A stretch of DNA of 64,000 bases, from assembly GCA_963931165.1 (NCBI GenBank), contig OZ006985.1, positions 207,900 through 271,899 of the forward strand, given 5' to 3'. Source of the DNA: an uncultured Christensenellaceae bacterium (lineage in GTDB: Bacteria > Bacillota > Clostridia > Christensenellales > UBA3700). How positions within the stretch are numbered: the stretch's first letter is position 1; the number at the start of each line of letters is the position of its first letter. Positions 49,597-58,399 of this stretch are shown here, in pieces. The notes under the pieces were generated by a model that was not told where the DNA came from, did not search any database, and saw only the letters and a program-made list of their open reading frames with translations. The position numbers and the translations under genes are program-made.

Positions 49597-49631
49597 TTAA
49601 GATCAGCGTAATTTTTGTCAAGCTAATGTGC
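49597..49631 (+). repeat. 35-nt direct repeat, copy 1
   Basis: TTAAGATCAGCGTAATTTTTGTCAAGCTAATGTGC. Confidence 0.6.
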
Positions 49632-49805
49632 TAATAATTTTTCGATTTTACAATACTTTTTGCCAAGCGCGAGTAAAAAGCTTGTAATTCGCTTCTTGGC
49701 GTCACGGGTTTTTCCTACTGTAACTTGATGTGTAGCCAACTTTGCGCGTGAAACGCGCGAGCTTTGGAAGGGGTAAACGCAATGCTCGGTTCGCTTTAAC
49801 GTGAT

Positions 49806-49840
49806 TTAAGATAAGCGTAATCTTTGTCAAGCTATTGCGC
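49806..49840 (+). repeat. 35-nt direct repeat, copy 2
   Basis: TTAAGATAAGCGTAATCTTTGTCAAGCTATTGCGC: 31/35 identical to copy 1, 209 bp downstream. Confidence 0.6.
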
Positions 49841-50177
49841 CGTATTTTTTCTTAATTTAATTGGTAATTCATTCCGCTTTATATTTTCGCTTAAAACACG
49901 CCAATGCTTCACGTTGCATCCTATGTCTATTTTATCCCCTCGCGAGCAACGCGAGCAGTGACAGTGATGGGTAACGGGACTCCCCGTTTGATGTCTGCCG
50001 AAGAAACACCAAGTTGCTCTCATCGGCGCAGGCATAGTTCTCTGCGTGCGCCTATGAACAAGCAAGGTGCTTGCGTATGCAAACACCTTGCGAAGTGAAT
50101 CGAAGCAAAGCGGAGAAGCTATGCCGAAAGCCGAAAACGTAACCTGCTCTACCTTCGGCAGACAGCATTCTCAAAAT

Positions 50178-51962
50178 TTATTTTTCGAGGATGGCTTTGA
50201 TCCTGCGGATCCCTGCCGAGGAAGACTGCTCTTTGACGATCTTGAATTTGCCGAGAAGTCCCGTGTGTTCGGCGTGCGGTCCGCCGCAGATCTCCTTGTC
50301 GACGTCGCCGATCGTATAGACCTTGACGATCTCGCCGTAGCGGCTGCCGAACACGCCGACTGCGTTTTGACGGCGCGCCTCTTCGACGGTCATCTCCTCG
50401 CAGGTCACGGGAAGATCGCGCTTGATCGCGTCGTTGACGCCGTCCTCGACCGCCTTCTTTTCCTCTTCGGTCAACGGTCTTTCGAAGTTGAAGTCAAAGC
50501 GCAATCTCTCGGGCGTGATGTTGCTGCCCTTTTGCTGTATGTCGTCCCTGCCGAGCACCTTTTTGAGCGTCGCGAGCAAAATGTGCGTCGCGGTGTGCAG
50601 ATAGGTGGTCATCTCCGAGCTGTCGGCAAGTCCGCCCTTGAACTTTTGCTCCGCTCCTGCGTGGGACTTTTGCTGATGCTCTTCGAACGCCTTTTTGTAG
50701 CCGTCCATATCGACGCCGTAGCCCTTCTCCTTGCAGATCTCGACGGTCATCTCGATCGGGAAGCCGTAGGTGTCGTAAAGTCTGAACGCCGTCTTGCCGT
50801 TGAGCGTGTTGCCTTGGACATATTTGAGCACCTTTTCGATCTCTTTGAGCCCGTTTTCGAGCGTCTTGGAGAAGCGCTCTTCCTCTTTGGCGAGCTCTTC
50901 GACGATCTTGCCGGCGTTGACGCCGAGTTCGGGATAGACCTTCTTGTATTGTTCGATATAGATCTTTGCGATGTCGACAAGGCGCGCGGGATCGCAGCCG
51001 ATCTGACGGGCGAACCTGACCGCCCTGCGAATGAGCCTTCTCAACACATAGCCCTGATCGACATTGCTCGGCACGACGCCGCGCTCGTCGCCGATCATAA
51101 AGGTCGCGGTGCGGATGTGGTCGGCGATGATGCGGATCGCCCTGGTCGTCTCCTCGTCCTCGCCGTACTTCTTGCCCGACAGCTCGCAGATCTTGGCGAT
51201 CGCGCCGGCGAACAGATCGGTCTCGTACGCGCTTGACAGCCCGTTGATCATGCAGACCGTGCGCTCCAATCCCATGCCGGTGTCGACGTTCTTTTGTTTG
51301 AGCGGCTCGAACTTGCCGTCCGCGGTGCGGTTGAACTCCATAAACACGTTGTTCCAGATCTCCACCCACTTGCCGCAGTCGTCGGCGGGCGAACAGTCGG
51401 GGCCGCAGGGCTCCTTGCCGGTGTCGATGAAGATCTCGGTATCGCTGCCGCAGGGACCGGTGGGACCGGCATACCACCAATTGTTAGCCTTGGGCAGATA
51501 GAAGATGCGCTCTTTGGCGATGCCGTGCTTTTCCCACACGCTCGCGGCGAAGGTGTCGCGCGGACAGTCCTCGTCGCCGGCGAACACGGTGACCGCGATT
51601 TTTTCGACGGGGATCTCGAGCACCTTGGTCAAGAACTCGAAGCTGAACCCGATCGACTCCTCTTTGAAGTAGTCGCCAAGCGACCAATTGCCGAGCATCT
51701 CGAAGAACGTGAGGTGAGTCGCGTCGCCGACCTCGTCGATATCGCCTGTGCGCACGCACTTCTGCACGTCGCAAAGGCGCTTGCCTGCCGGGTGCTTCTG
51801 CCCCAAAAGATAGGGCACGAGCGGATGCATGCCCGCGGTCGTGAACAGCACCGACGGGTCGTTTTCGGGAATGAGCGAAGCGGACGGAATGATCTTGTGT
51901 CCCTTGCTCTCGAAGAATTTCAAATAGCTCTCGCGGAGCTCATCCGAAGTCATCTTTTTCAT
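50178..51962 (-). CDS. alaS: alanine--tRNA ligase, short form lacking the C-Ala domain
   Basis: FFESKGH..FTTAGM..FFEMLGNWS..WNNVFM..DTGMGLER (class II core) and the editing domain HTATHIL..CGGPH. The ORF stops right after ..GIRRIKAILEK, at 594 aa. Confidence 0.85.
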   Translation of the reverse strand: MKKMTSDELRESYLKFFESKGHKIIPSASLIPENDPSVLFTTAGMHPLVPYLLGQKHPAGKRLCDVQKCVRTGDIDEVGDATHLTFFEMLGNWSLGDYFKEESIGFSFEFLTKVLEIPVEKIAVTVFAGDEDCPRDTFAASVWEKHGIAKERIFYLPKANNWWYAGPTGPCGSDTEIFIDTGKEPCGPDCSPADDCGKWVEIWNNVFMEFNRTADGKFEPLKQKNVDTGMGLERTVCMINGLSSAYETDLFAGAIAKICELSGKKYGEDEETTRAIRIIADHIRTATFMIGDERGVVPSNVDQGYVLRRLIRRAVRFARQIGCDPARLVDIAKIYIEQYKKVYPELGVNAGKIVEELAKEEERFSKTLENGLKEIEKVLKYVQGNTLNGKTAFRLYDTYGFPIEMTVEICKEKGYGVDMDGYKKAFEEHQQKSHAGAEQKFKGGLADSSEMTTYLHTATHILLATLKKVLGRDDIQQKGSNITPERLRFDFNFERPLTEEEKKAVEDGVNDAIKRDLPVTCEEMTVEEARRQNAVGVFGSRYGEIVKVYTIGDVDKEICGGPHAEHTGLLGKFKIVKEQSSSAGIRRIKAILEK

Positions 51963-51981
51963 ATTTGCCTCTGATCAAATC

Positions 51982-54102
51982 TTATTCGTAGAAAAGTATG
52001 TCCGCATAGGTCGGGAACGGCCACACGTCCTTGGGACAGATCGTCTCCAGCTTGTCCGCCGTCGCGCGCAGCTTTGCCATCGCCGGCAGCACGCGGTCGC
52101 GGAAGAGGATCGCCTGCTTGCGCGGATCCGCCGCCGAAAGAGCGCCTTCCTTTGCGGAATTCAACTTGACGATGTCCTCGTCCAACTCGTCGACGAGCAC
52201 GCTCACTTCGCCGAGCATCCTGCGCGGAGTCCCCGCGAACTTGGGATCGATGTCGCCGAGTTCGTCGACCTGTTTTGCCAGCTTGTATTGCCATTTGAGC
52301 ACCGCCGGCAAGATCTGCTTGCGCGCCATCATCAACGCCGTCTCCGCCTCGATGTTGGCGGACTTGACGTAATTGTCGATGTAGATCGCGCGGCGGCTCT
52401 CCATCTCCTTGATGGACAGGATGCCGTGCTTTTGGAACGCTTCCATGTTCTTTTTGGCGTTGAGCGCCTCGTAGGCGTCGACCGCATTGTCCGCGCTGTC
52501 GAGCCCGCGTCTCTTCGCCTCTTTGAGCCATTCGCGGCTGTAATTGTTGCCGTTGAAGATGATGCGCGAATGCTTTTGGTACAACTCCTTGACGATGGTC
52601 AAGATCTCCTTGTCGAGCTGAGACTTGGGGACATTTTCAAGTCTGTCCGAAATGCGCGACAGCATCTCTGCGGTCATGATGTTCATCACCATCGTAGGCG
52701 TGGACAGCGTCGCAGACGAGCCGACCATGCGGAACTCGAACTTGTTGCCGGTGAACGCGAACGGCGACGTGCGGTTGCGGTCGGAGGTGTCGCGCTTGGG
52801 ACGGGCGACGTAATTGACGCCCATATTGATGTATTGCTTGGTCGCGCTGGCGATCGTGTGTCCCTCGACGATGTCGTCCAAGAGGTTCTTCATGTCCTCG
52901 CCGATAAACACCGAAATGATGGACGGCGGCGCCTCGTGTCCGCCCAAGCGGCAGTCGTTGCCAAGGCTGGAACAGCTCATGCGCAGCAAGTCGTAATACT
53001 CGTCCACGCCCGCGATGACCGCAAGGAAGAAGAGCAAAAACACCTTGTTTTCGGCGGGATTGCTGCCCGGTTTGAGCAGATTGAGCCCGGTGTCCGTACC
53101 GAGCGAATAGTTGGCGTGTTTGCCGCTGCCGTTGATGCCGGCGAACGGCTTTTCGTGCAAGAGGCACGCAAGCCCGTGATTGTCCGCGACCTTTTTCATC
53201 GTCTCCATGATCAATTGATTTTGATCGGTCGCGATGTTCGCCTGGCAGAAGATCGGCGCAAGCTCGTGCTGAGCGGGCGCGACCTCGTTGTGCTGGGTCT
53301 TGGCGGGGATGCCGAGCTTCCACAACTCCTCGTTGAGATCCGCCATAAAGCTCGCGACCCTGTCGCGGATGGTCGCGTAATATTGATCGTTCTTTTCCTG
53401 CCCCTTGGGCGGCATCGCGCCGAACAGCGTGCGCCCGGTGAACTCGAGGTCGTAACGCTTGTCGTAGTCGCTCTTGTCGACGAGGAAGTACTCCTGCTCT
53501 CCGCCAACGTTGGCGATGACCTTGCGCGCGTCCACGCCCAAGATGTTGAGCAGCCTCACGCCCTGACGGCTGACCGCGTCCATGGATTTGAGCAACGGCG
53601 TCTTTTTGTCGAGCGCCTCGCCCGTATAGGAACAGAACGCCGTCGGGATGCACAGCACCGCCGAGCCGTCCTTCGACTTCTTGATGAACGCCGGAGAAGA
53701 GCAGTCCCACGCGGTGTAGCCGCGCGCCTCGAACGTCGCCCTGATGCCTCCCGACGGGAAACTGGACGCGTCCGCCTCACCCTTGCGCAGATTGCTGCCG
53801 GTAAATTCGAGCGCGATCTTGCCCTGCTTGTCGACGGAAATGAAACTGTCGTGCTTTTCGGCGGTCGTGCCCGTCAAGGGCTGGAACCAATGCGTATAGT
53901 GGGTCGCGCCCAACTCTATGCTCCACTCCTTCATCGCCTCGGCGACCTTGTTGGCAAGCTCCTTTTCAAGCACCTTGTCGCGATCGATGACCTCGCGCAG
54001 CTCGTTGTAGGCGTCCTCGGTGAGATACTTTTTCATCACCTTGTCGTTGAAGACATAGCAGCCGTAAAAGTCGGTGATCTTTTTGGTCTCGGTAATGCGC
54101 AT
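51982..54102 (-). CDS. glnN: type III glutamine synthetase
   Basis: FGCYVFNDKVMKKYL..ATHYTHWFQPLTG..HNEVAPAQHE..NGSGKH, 706 aa. Confidence 0.92.
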   Translation of the reverse strand: MRITETKKITDFYGCYVFNDKVMKKYLTEDAYNELREVIDRDKVLEKELANKVAEAMKEWSIELGATHYTHWFQPLTGTTAEKHDSFISVDKQGKIALEFTGSNLRKGEADASSFPSGGIRATFEARGYTAWDCSSPAFIKKSKDGSAVLCIPTAFCSYTGEALDKKTPLLKSMDAVSRQGVRLLNILGVDARKVIANVGGEQEYFLVDKSDYDKRYDLEFTGRTLFGAMPPKGQEKNDQYYATIRDRVASFMADLNEELWKLGIPAKTQHNEVAPAQHELAPIFCQANIATDQNQLIMETMKKVADNHGLACLLHEKPFAGINGSGKHANYSLGTDTGLNLLKPGSNPAENKVFLLFFLAVIAGVDEYYDLLRMSCSSLGNDCRLGGHEAPPSIISVFIGEDMKNLLDDIVEGHTIASATKQYINMGVNYVARPKRDTSDRNRTSPFAFTGNKFEFRMVGSSATLSTPTMVMNIMTAEMLSRISDRLENVPKSQLDKEILTIVKELYQKHSRIIFNGNNYSREWLKEAKRRGLDSADNAVDAYEALNAKKNMEAFQKHGILSIKEMESRRAIYIDNYVKSANIEAETALMMARKQILPAVLKWQYKLAKQVDELGDIDPKFAGTPRRMLGEVSVLVDELDEDIVKLNSAKEGALSAADPRKQAILFRDRVLPAMAKLRATADKLETICPKDVWPFPTYADILFYE

Positions 54103-54140
54103 ATATTCTCCTCGCTCCCCCGACGGGGAGCCTTTACATA

Positions 54141-54169
54141 ATTATATACAAGCGTTAATAAAATGGCAA
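54141..54169 (-). promoter_or_regulatory. glnN promoter
   Basis: Minus strand reads TTGCCA (54164-54169), 17 nt, TATAAT (54141-54146). The leader holds the hairpin GCTCCCC-gtc-GGGGAGC abutting the GAGGAG RBS. Confidence 0.5.
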
Positions 54170-54256
54170 ACATATTGTAATATATTTTAGCGGTCCGGCA
54201 AAATTTTTTGTCTATACTTCGTTTTTGACAACCGTTAGTGCTAAATTGCGGTTTTC

Positions 54257-54272
54257 GAGAAAAATTTTTCTC
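54257..54272. promoter_or_regulatory. 16-bp perfect palindrome upstream of the amt promoter
   Basis: GAGAAAAATTTTTCTC, 20 nt upstream of the -35 at 54292. Confidence 0.35.
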
Positions 54273-54291
54273 AAAATCGTCGTTCAATCGT

Positions 54292-54320
54292 TTGACAATC
54301 GCTTTTGCGAGGACTATACT
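54292..54320 (+). promoter_or_regulatory. amt-PII promoter
   Basis: TTGACA (54292-54297), 17 nt, TATACT (54315-54320). Confidence 0.5.
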
Positions 54321-54421
54321 CATTGCATAGACATAGGCGTCGCGGCAGCGGCGCCTTATATTTTTTCGGATCACAACGGAGTGTCCTTTGCGGCGCTCCG
54401 TAATTTTTTTGGAGGTGTGTT

Positions 54422-56230
54422 ATGGCAACGACACTTTTGGCGGCGGCACTACCCGACGTCTACGCAAACCTGACCGAAGGCGATTTTGTCTGGGTGCTTG
54501 TCGGCATCTGCCTCGTCTTCTTTATGCAGGCGGGCTTCGCGATGGTTGAAACGGGCTTCACCCGCGCAAAAAACGCAGGCAACATCATCATGAAAAACCT
54601 GCTCGACTTCTGCCTCGGTACGGTCGCGTTTCTCATCCTCGGCTACGGATTGATGCACGGCGGCGATCTGGGCGGAGTCATCGGCGATCCGAGCGGACTC
54701 GGCGCGATCTACTCGTCGTTCACGGACGGAGATATGCTCAAAGTTATGTTCCACCTCGTCTTCTGCGCAACGGCAGCGACCATCGTCTCCGGCGCGATGG
54801 CGGAACGTACGAACTTTTTGTCATATTGCGTGTACAGTTTTGTGATCTCGCTGATCGTCTACCCCGTTTCCGGCCACTGGATATGGGGCGGCGGCTGGCT
54901 CTCCGACCTCGGCTTCCACGACTTCGCCGGATCTACGGCGGTACACCTGGTCGGCGGCACCGCGGCACTCGTCGGCGCCGCGATCCTCGGTCCCCGCATC
55001 GGCAAATACGTCCCCAAACTCGGCGTCTATGACAAAAAAGGGCGTCCCGTCCTCGAAAGCAAGGCGATCCCGGGGCATTCGCTTACGTTGGGCGCGCTGG
55101 GCGTATTCATCCTCTGGTTCGGGTGGTACGGATTCAACGGCTCTTCCGCCTACGCGGTCAACGAATCGGTCGCGCGGGTGTTCATAACGACCACGGTGGC
55201 GCCGTCCGTTTCCACGATCACGGCAATGGCGATCACATGGATCAAATACGGCAAACCCGACATCTCGATGACGCTCAACGGATCTCTTGCCGGACTTGTC
55301 GCGGTCACCGCCGGATGCGACGTCGTTTCGGTGCCCGGCGCCGCGATCATCGGCGTCATCGCCGGTTTCGTAGTCGTCTACGGCATCGAATTCATAGACA
55401 AAAAACTTCATATCGACGACCCTGTCGGCGCGATCGGCGTCCATATGCTCTGCGGCGCGACAGGAACGCTGCTCGTCGGGATCTTCGATATGAACAAGGG
55501 CGTCGTCAGCGGTTTTATCTACAACGACGCATTGACCGCGGGCGAAGCGTTCTCCTACTTCGGAGTACAGATCCTCGGCGTCGCGGCTGTGGCGGCTTGG
55601 GTCGGCATCACGATGTCCGTGCTGTTCTCGGTAATGAAAAAGTACAAATTCCTTCGTGCCCGCAAAGAAGACGAGCTCGCGGGACTGGACGCTTCCGAAC
55701 ACGGACTTGCAAGCTCTTACGCCGACTTTATGCCCGTACCTTCGGTGATGCTTGCCGACAATATGTACACCGAACAGACCGCCTCTCCCGTGGCTTCCGA
55801 AACAACTCCCGCCAGCGGCGTCCCCGTCGAGCAAGCCGTACCCGTCGCCGTGACCTCGGCGCTCGGCGAACACAAATTCACCAAGATCTCGATCGTGACC
55901 CGCCCAGACAAATTCGAAGCGCTCAAAGCGGCTATGGATGCGATCGGGATCACCGGTATGACCGTCTCGCAAGTCAAGGGTTGCGGCACTCAGCGCGGTT
56001 CCGCCCAATACTACCGCGGTTCCAAGATCGACATCAAGCTCCTGCCCAAGATCAAACTCGAAACAGTCGTCACCAAGATCCCCGTCGAAACGGTCGTCGA
56101 CGCCGCCAAAAAGGCGCTTTACACCGGCAACTACGGCGACGGCAAGATCTTCGTCTACGACGTAGTCAACGTCATCCGTATCCGCACCGGAGAAGAGGGC
56201 TACTCCGCATTGCAGGACGAAGACGAGTGA
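54422..56230 (+). CDS. amt: ammonium transporter fused to a C-terminal P-II (GlnK/GlnB-like) domain
   Basis: An Amt core with about 11 TM helices (FMQAGFAMVETG, DFAGSTAVH, VHMLCGATG), a ~60-aa linker, then KISIVTRPDKFEALKAAMDAIGITGMTVSQVKGCGTQRG..GDGKIFVYDV (P-II fold motifs). Confidence 0.9.
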   Translation: MATTLLAAALPDVYANLTEGDFVWVLVGICLVFFMQAGFAMVETGFTRAKNAGNIIMKNLLDFCLGTVAFLILGYGLMHGGDLGGVIGDPSGLGAIYSSFTDGDMLKVMFHLVFCATAATIVSGAMAERTNFLSYCVYSFVISLIVYPVSGHWIWGGGWLSDLGFHDFAGSTAVHLVGGTAALVGAAILGPRIGKYVPKLGVYDKKGRPVLESKAIPGHSLTLGALGVFILWFGWYGFNGSSAYAVNESVARVFITTTVAPSVSTITAMAITWIKYGKPDISMTLNGSLAGLVAVTAGCDVVSVPGAAIIGVIAGFVVVYGIEFIDKKLHIDDPVGAIGVHMLCGATGTLLVGIFDMNKGVVSGFIYNDALTAGEAFSYFGVQILGVAAVAAWVGITMSVLFSVMKKYKFLRARKEDELAGLDASEHGLASSYADFMPVPSVMLADNMYTEQTASPVASETTPASGVPVEQAVPVAVTSALGEHKFTKISIVTRPDKFEALKAAMDAIGITGMTVSQVKGCGTQRGSAQYYRGSKIDIKLLPKIKLETVVTKIPVETVVDAAKKALYTGNYGDGKIFVYDVVNVIRIRTGEEGYSALQDEDE

Positions 56231-56565
56231 CCTTTCCGCGTAAAATACAACGGGCTCTTTCCGCAAGGAAAGGGCCCGTTTCGCTCTCGGTGAATTATAC
56301 TTTCAAGTGCAACACTTTAACGAAAAGAGTTCATACAAAAACTGCTATATAATGTAGTTAGCTCTAAATAAAAAACAGCACTTAACTTGACAATTCACTC
56401 TCTCTTTTCCCTCATTCGTATCGCCGCCCGAAGCCGTACCCGGCGCGTCTCCTCTCCGACCGCATTTTGGTCATACCGCGCCGGTCAAGTCCGCCGTTCC
56501 GCCAACTCGTCGACCGCCGCAAGCGCCGATCGACGCCACTTTTTGCAAAAACATCTCCAAAATGT

Positions 56566-56593
56566 TTGCATTTTTCTGAATTTGTGATAGAAT
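56566..56593 (+). promoter_or_regulatory. tRNA-Leu promoter
   Basis: TTGCAT (56566-56571), 16 nt, TGtGATAGAAT (-10 at 56588-56593), 14 nt before the tRNA 5' end. Confidence 0.5.
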
Positions 56594-56607
56594 AGTATCA
56601 CTGTCAT

Positions 56608-56694
56608 GCGGACATGGCGGAATTGGCAGACGCGTAAGATTCAGGTTCTTATGGTCGAAAGGCTGTGCAGGTTCAAGTCCTGTTGTCCGCACCA
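56608..56694 (+). tRNA. tRNA-Leu (anticodon CAG)
   Basis: Hand-folded cloverleaf: acceptor GCGGACA/TGTCCGC, anticodon stem TAAGA/TCTTA with loop TTCAGGT, long variable arm, T-loop GGTTCAAGTCC, encoded CCA. Confidence 0.9.
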
Positions 56695-56978
56695 TGAAAT
56701 GACGAGGTCAAATTTGACCTCGTCATTTCAGTGAAATTCGCCTTATCGGCGAGTGAAATTCCGCTGCGCGGAGTGAAATGTTTGCGCGATGCGCAAACAT
56801 GAAATGTCGCTACGCGACGATGAGGCGAATTTTATTTCACGGACGCGCACAGCGCGTCTATTTCACGACCGCAACGCGGTCATTTCACGAGCGTGAACAC
56901 CGTGAACGCTCATTTCACCAAAAGTTTCGTTGAATATCTGTGGTTTTGAGCACAATAACTTTTCTCGTGCGAAAAATA
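56695..56978 (+). repeat. 284-bp inverted repeat, left copy (ATTTCAC-punctuated hairpin array plus tail)
   Basis: Reverse complement of 58776-59059 with 8 mismatches by hand alignment. Starts directly after the tRNA-Leu CCA. Confidence 0.85.
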
Positions 56979-57007
56979 TGAGGCTGTTTCACGGCCTCAT
57001 ATTTTTT
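56976..57007 (+). terminator. intrinsic terminator
   Basis: ATATGAGGC-tgtttcac-GGCCTCATAT followed by T6. Confidence 0.65.
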
Positions 57008-57037
57008 CGCTATTTCGGCTCGCTTCCTCCCCCGCCA

Positions 57038-57231
57038 ACGCTTCGGGCTATGGCTCGAGGCGATCCCAAAAAGGGAGCTTGGCACAAGTGCCGCTCCCTA
57101 TTTTGTTTCGCACCCTGCCTCGCCCTTCGCTCCGCTACAACATCGTGCCTCGAAATGGTGACGACTCACTCCGTTCGTCTATTCCGTCCTCGCGTCGCTC
57201 GTCCTTACGAATCCCTCGCCTTCCGCCAAGC
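57038..57231 (-). repeat. ~200-bp repeat family, copy B1 (inverted relative to B2/B3)
   Basis: The reverse complement shares blocks with 59060-59257: GTAAGGACGAGC, GCGAGGACGGAATAG, GCGGAGCG.AGGGCGAGGCAGGG, an A-run/T-run flanked hairpin, and GAGCC.T.GCCCGAAGCGT. A truncated extra unit sits at about 57008-57037. Confidence 0.6.
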
Positions 57232-57333
57232 GGTACCCAACTGAACCCGTAAATAATAAGGTTTGGGTGGGTGCTTTTATTTTCGCGCGGGGATTTGTAT
57301 AGTTCCCGATTTCCGTTGCGTAATTCAAAAATT

Positions 57334-58158
57334 TTAAGTGTCAAGTTCAGTGTTAGTAAGCTGTTGCTTTGAAGTTGCGAATTCATCCCAATCATTACTT
57401 AATTCATCTAAAGTATCATTTAGGCTTTTCGCAACATGTAACAGTCTTGTTTTCCAAAACATCACAATATCAATTATTTCGATTAGCAAGTAACTGATTA
57501 ACACAAGCCAAAATACAAGATTTAGTTTCACAAAAGCGTCAATAGTAGCTAACGATACAATTCCTAGAATTATGGAAATGGCACTTAATAAAATTCCGTT
57601 AATGTTTTTTTGAGTTTTTAACAATTGTCCATTATAATAGCTGTTGAATTGATAAAAATGTGCGGGCAACCCTTTTGTTGCAAAAGCAAATTTTATATCT
57701 GATTTATAGCGACACTTGTCTTTAAGTTTTCTATTTTTTAATAATGAGTAAAAGTATTCTTTCTCATTATTATCGTATTTTTTTAAACTATCATCTTCAT
57801 CGTATTGTTCACCACAAAACGACCTTATTAAAGCTAATTTTTGTATTATTGCTTTTTTTCTCTTAGCGATACAAAATTCTTGAAATTCATATAGCGAATC
57901 CTTGTTTTTTTCAAGCAGTAAAAATATTTTGTAGTTTAACCCTCTAATTATAATATGATTTTCAATCATACTATTCTCTATTTCTATTTCTGCATAAACC
58001 AGTATTATGAAGCATATAAAAAAACAAATAACAGCGAAACAATTGGATTTCGTAATCATCCCTTCAATTATAAATTGCCATAACATTAAAGCAACAGCAA
58101 TAAAGCAAAGTATACTCGTAAAAATGGGTTCTTTTATTCTATTAGTATTAGTCATCAT
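57334..58158 (-). CDS. hypothetical 4-TM membrane protein (extremely AT-rich gene)
   Basis: Two hydrophobic helices at each end (IFTSILCFIAVALMLWQFII, CFAVICFFICFIILVY; ILLSAISIILGIVSLATI, LVFWLVLISYLLIEIIDIVMFW) around a K/N/E-rich soluble core. No family recognised. Confidence 0.6.
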   Translation of the reverse strand: MMTNTNRIKEPIFTSILCFIAVALMLWQFIIEGMITKSNCFAVICFFICFIILVYAEIEIENSMIENHIIIRGLNYKIFLLLEKNKDSLYEFQEFCIAKRKKAIIQKLALIRSFCGEQYDEDDSLKKYDNNEKEYFYSLLKNRKLKDKCRYKSDIKFAFATKGLPAHFYQFNSYYNGQLLKTQKNINGILLSAISIILGIVSLATIDAFVKLNLVFWLVLISYLLIEIIDIVMFWKTRLLHVAKSLNDTLDELSNDWDEFATSKQQLTNTELDT

Positions 58159-58399
58159 TTGCTGCTCTTGTGTTTTTAATATCGGTTTGATGCTTTTGCC
58201 ACCAAAGAGGGACTCAAATTACGAATTTGCAAGCAAGTAGCATCCTTACTATAATATAATAACACAAAATCTAAATTGTCGCAATAGCGCACAGCGCCTT
58301 TTTGAAAAAATCTTAAAATTCGATTTACGTTATACTCTCTCCGGCGGACAACAGGAGAATATTATTCGAACAAGAATATGCCGAAATGCAGTGAAAGGA

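Noticed and set aside
49251-50086. ORFs 49251-49634 (+), 49832-50086 (-) and 49904-50098 (+) in the purF-alaS gap
   Set aside because: They have no RBS and odd composition (R/S/C/H-rich). They cross the long inverted repeat and hairpins and overlap each other. The region is treated as non-coding.
56695-56935. Possible CRISPR array, because of regularly recurring GTGAAAT/ATTTCAC
   Set aside because: The constant unit is only 7 nt and the variable segments are self-complementary hairpins of 13-23 nt. The array switches orientation in the middle and there are no cas genes. It is reported as a hairpin array instead.
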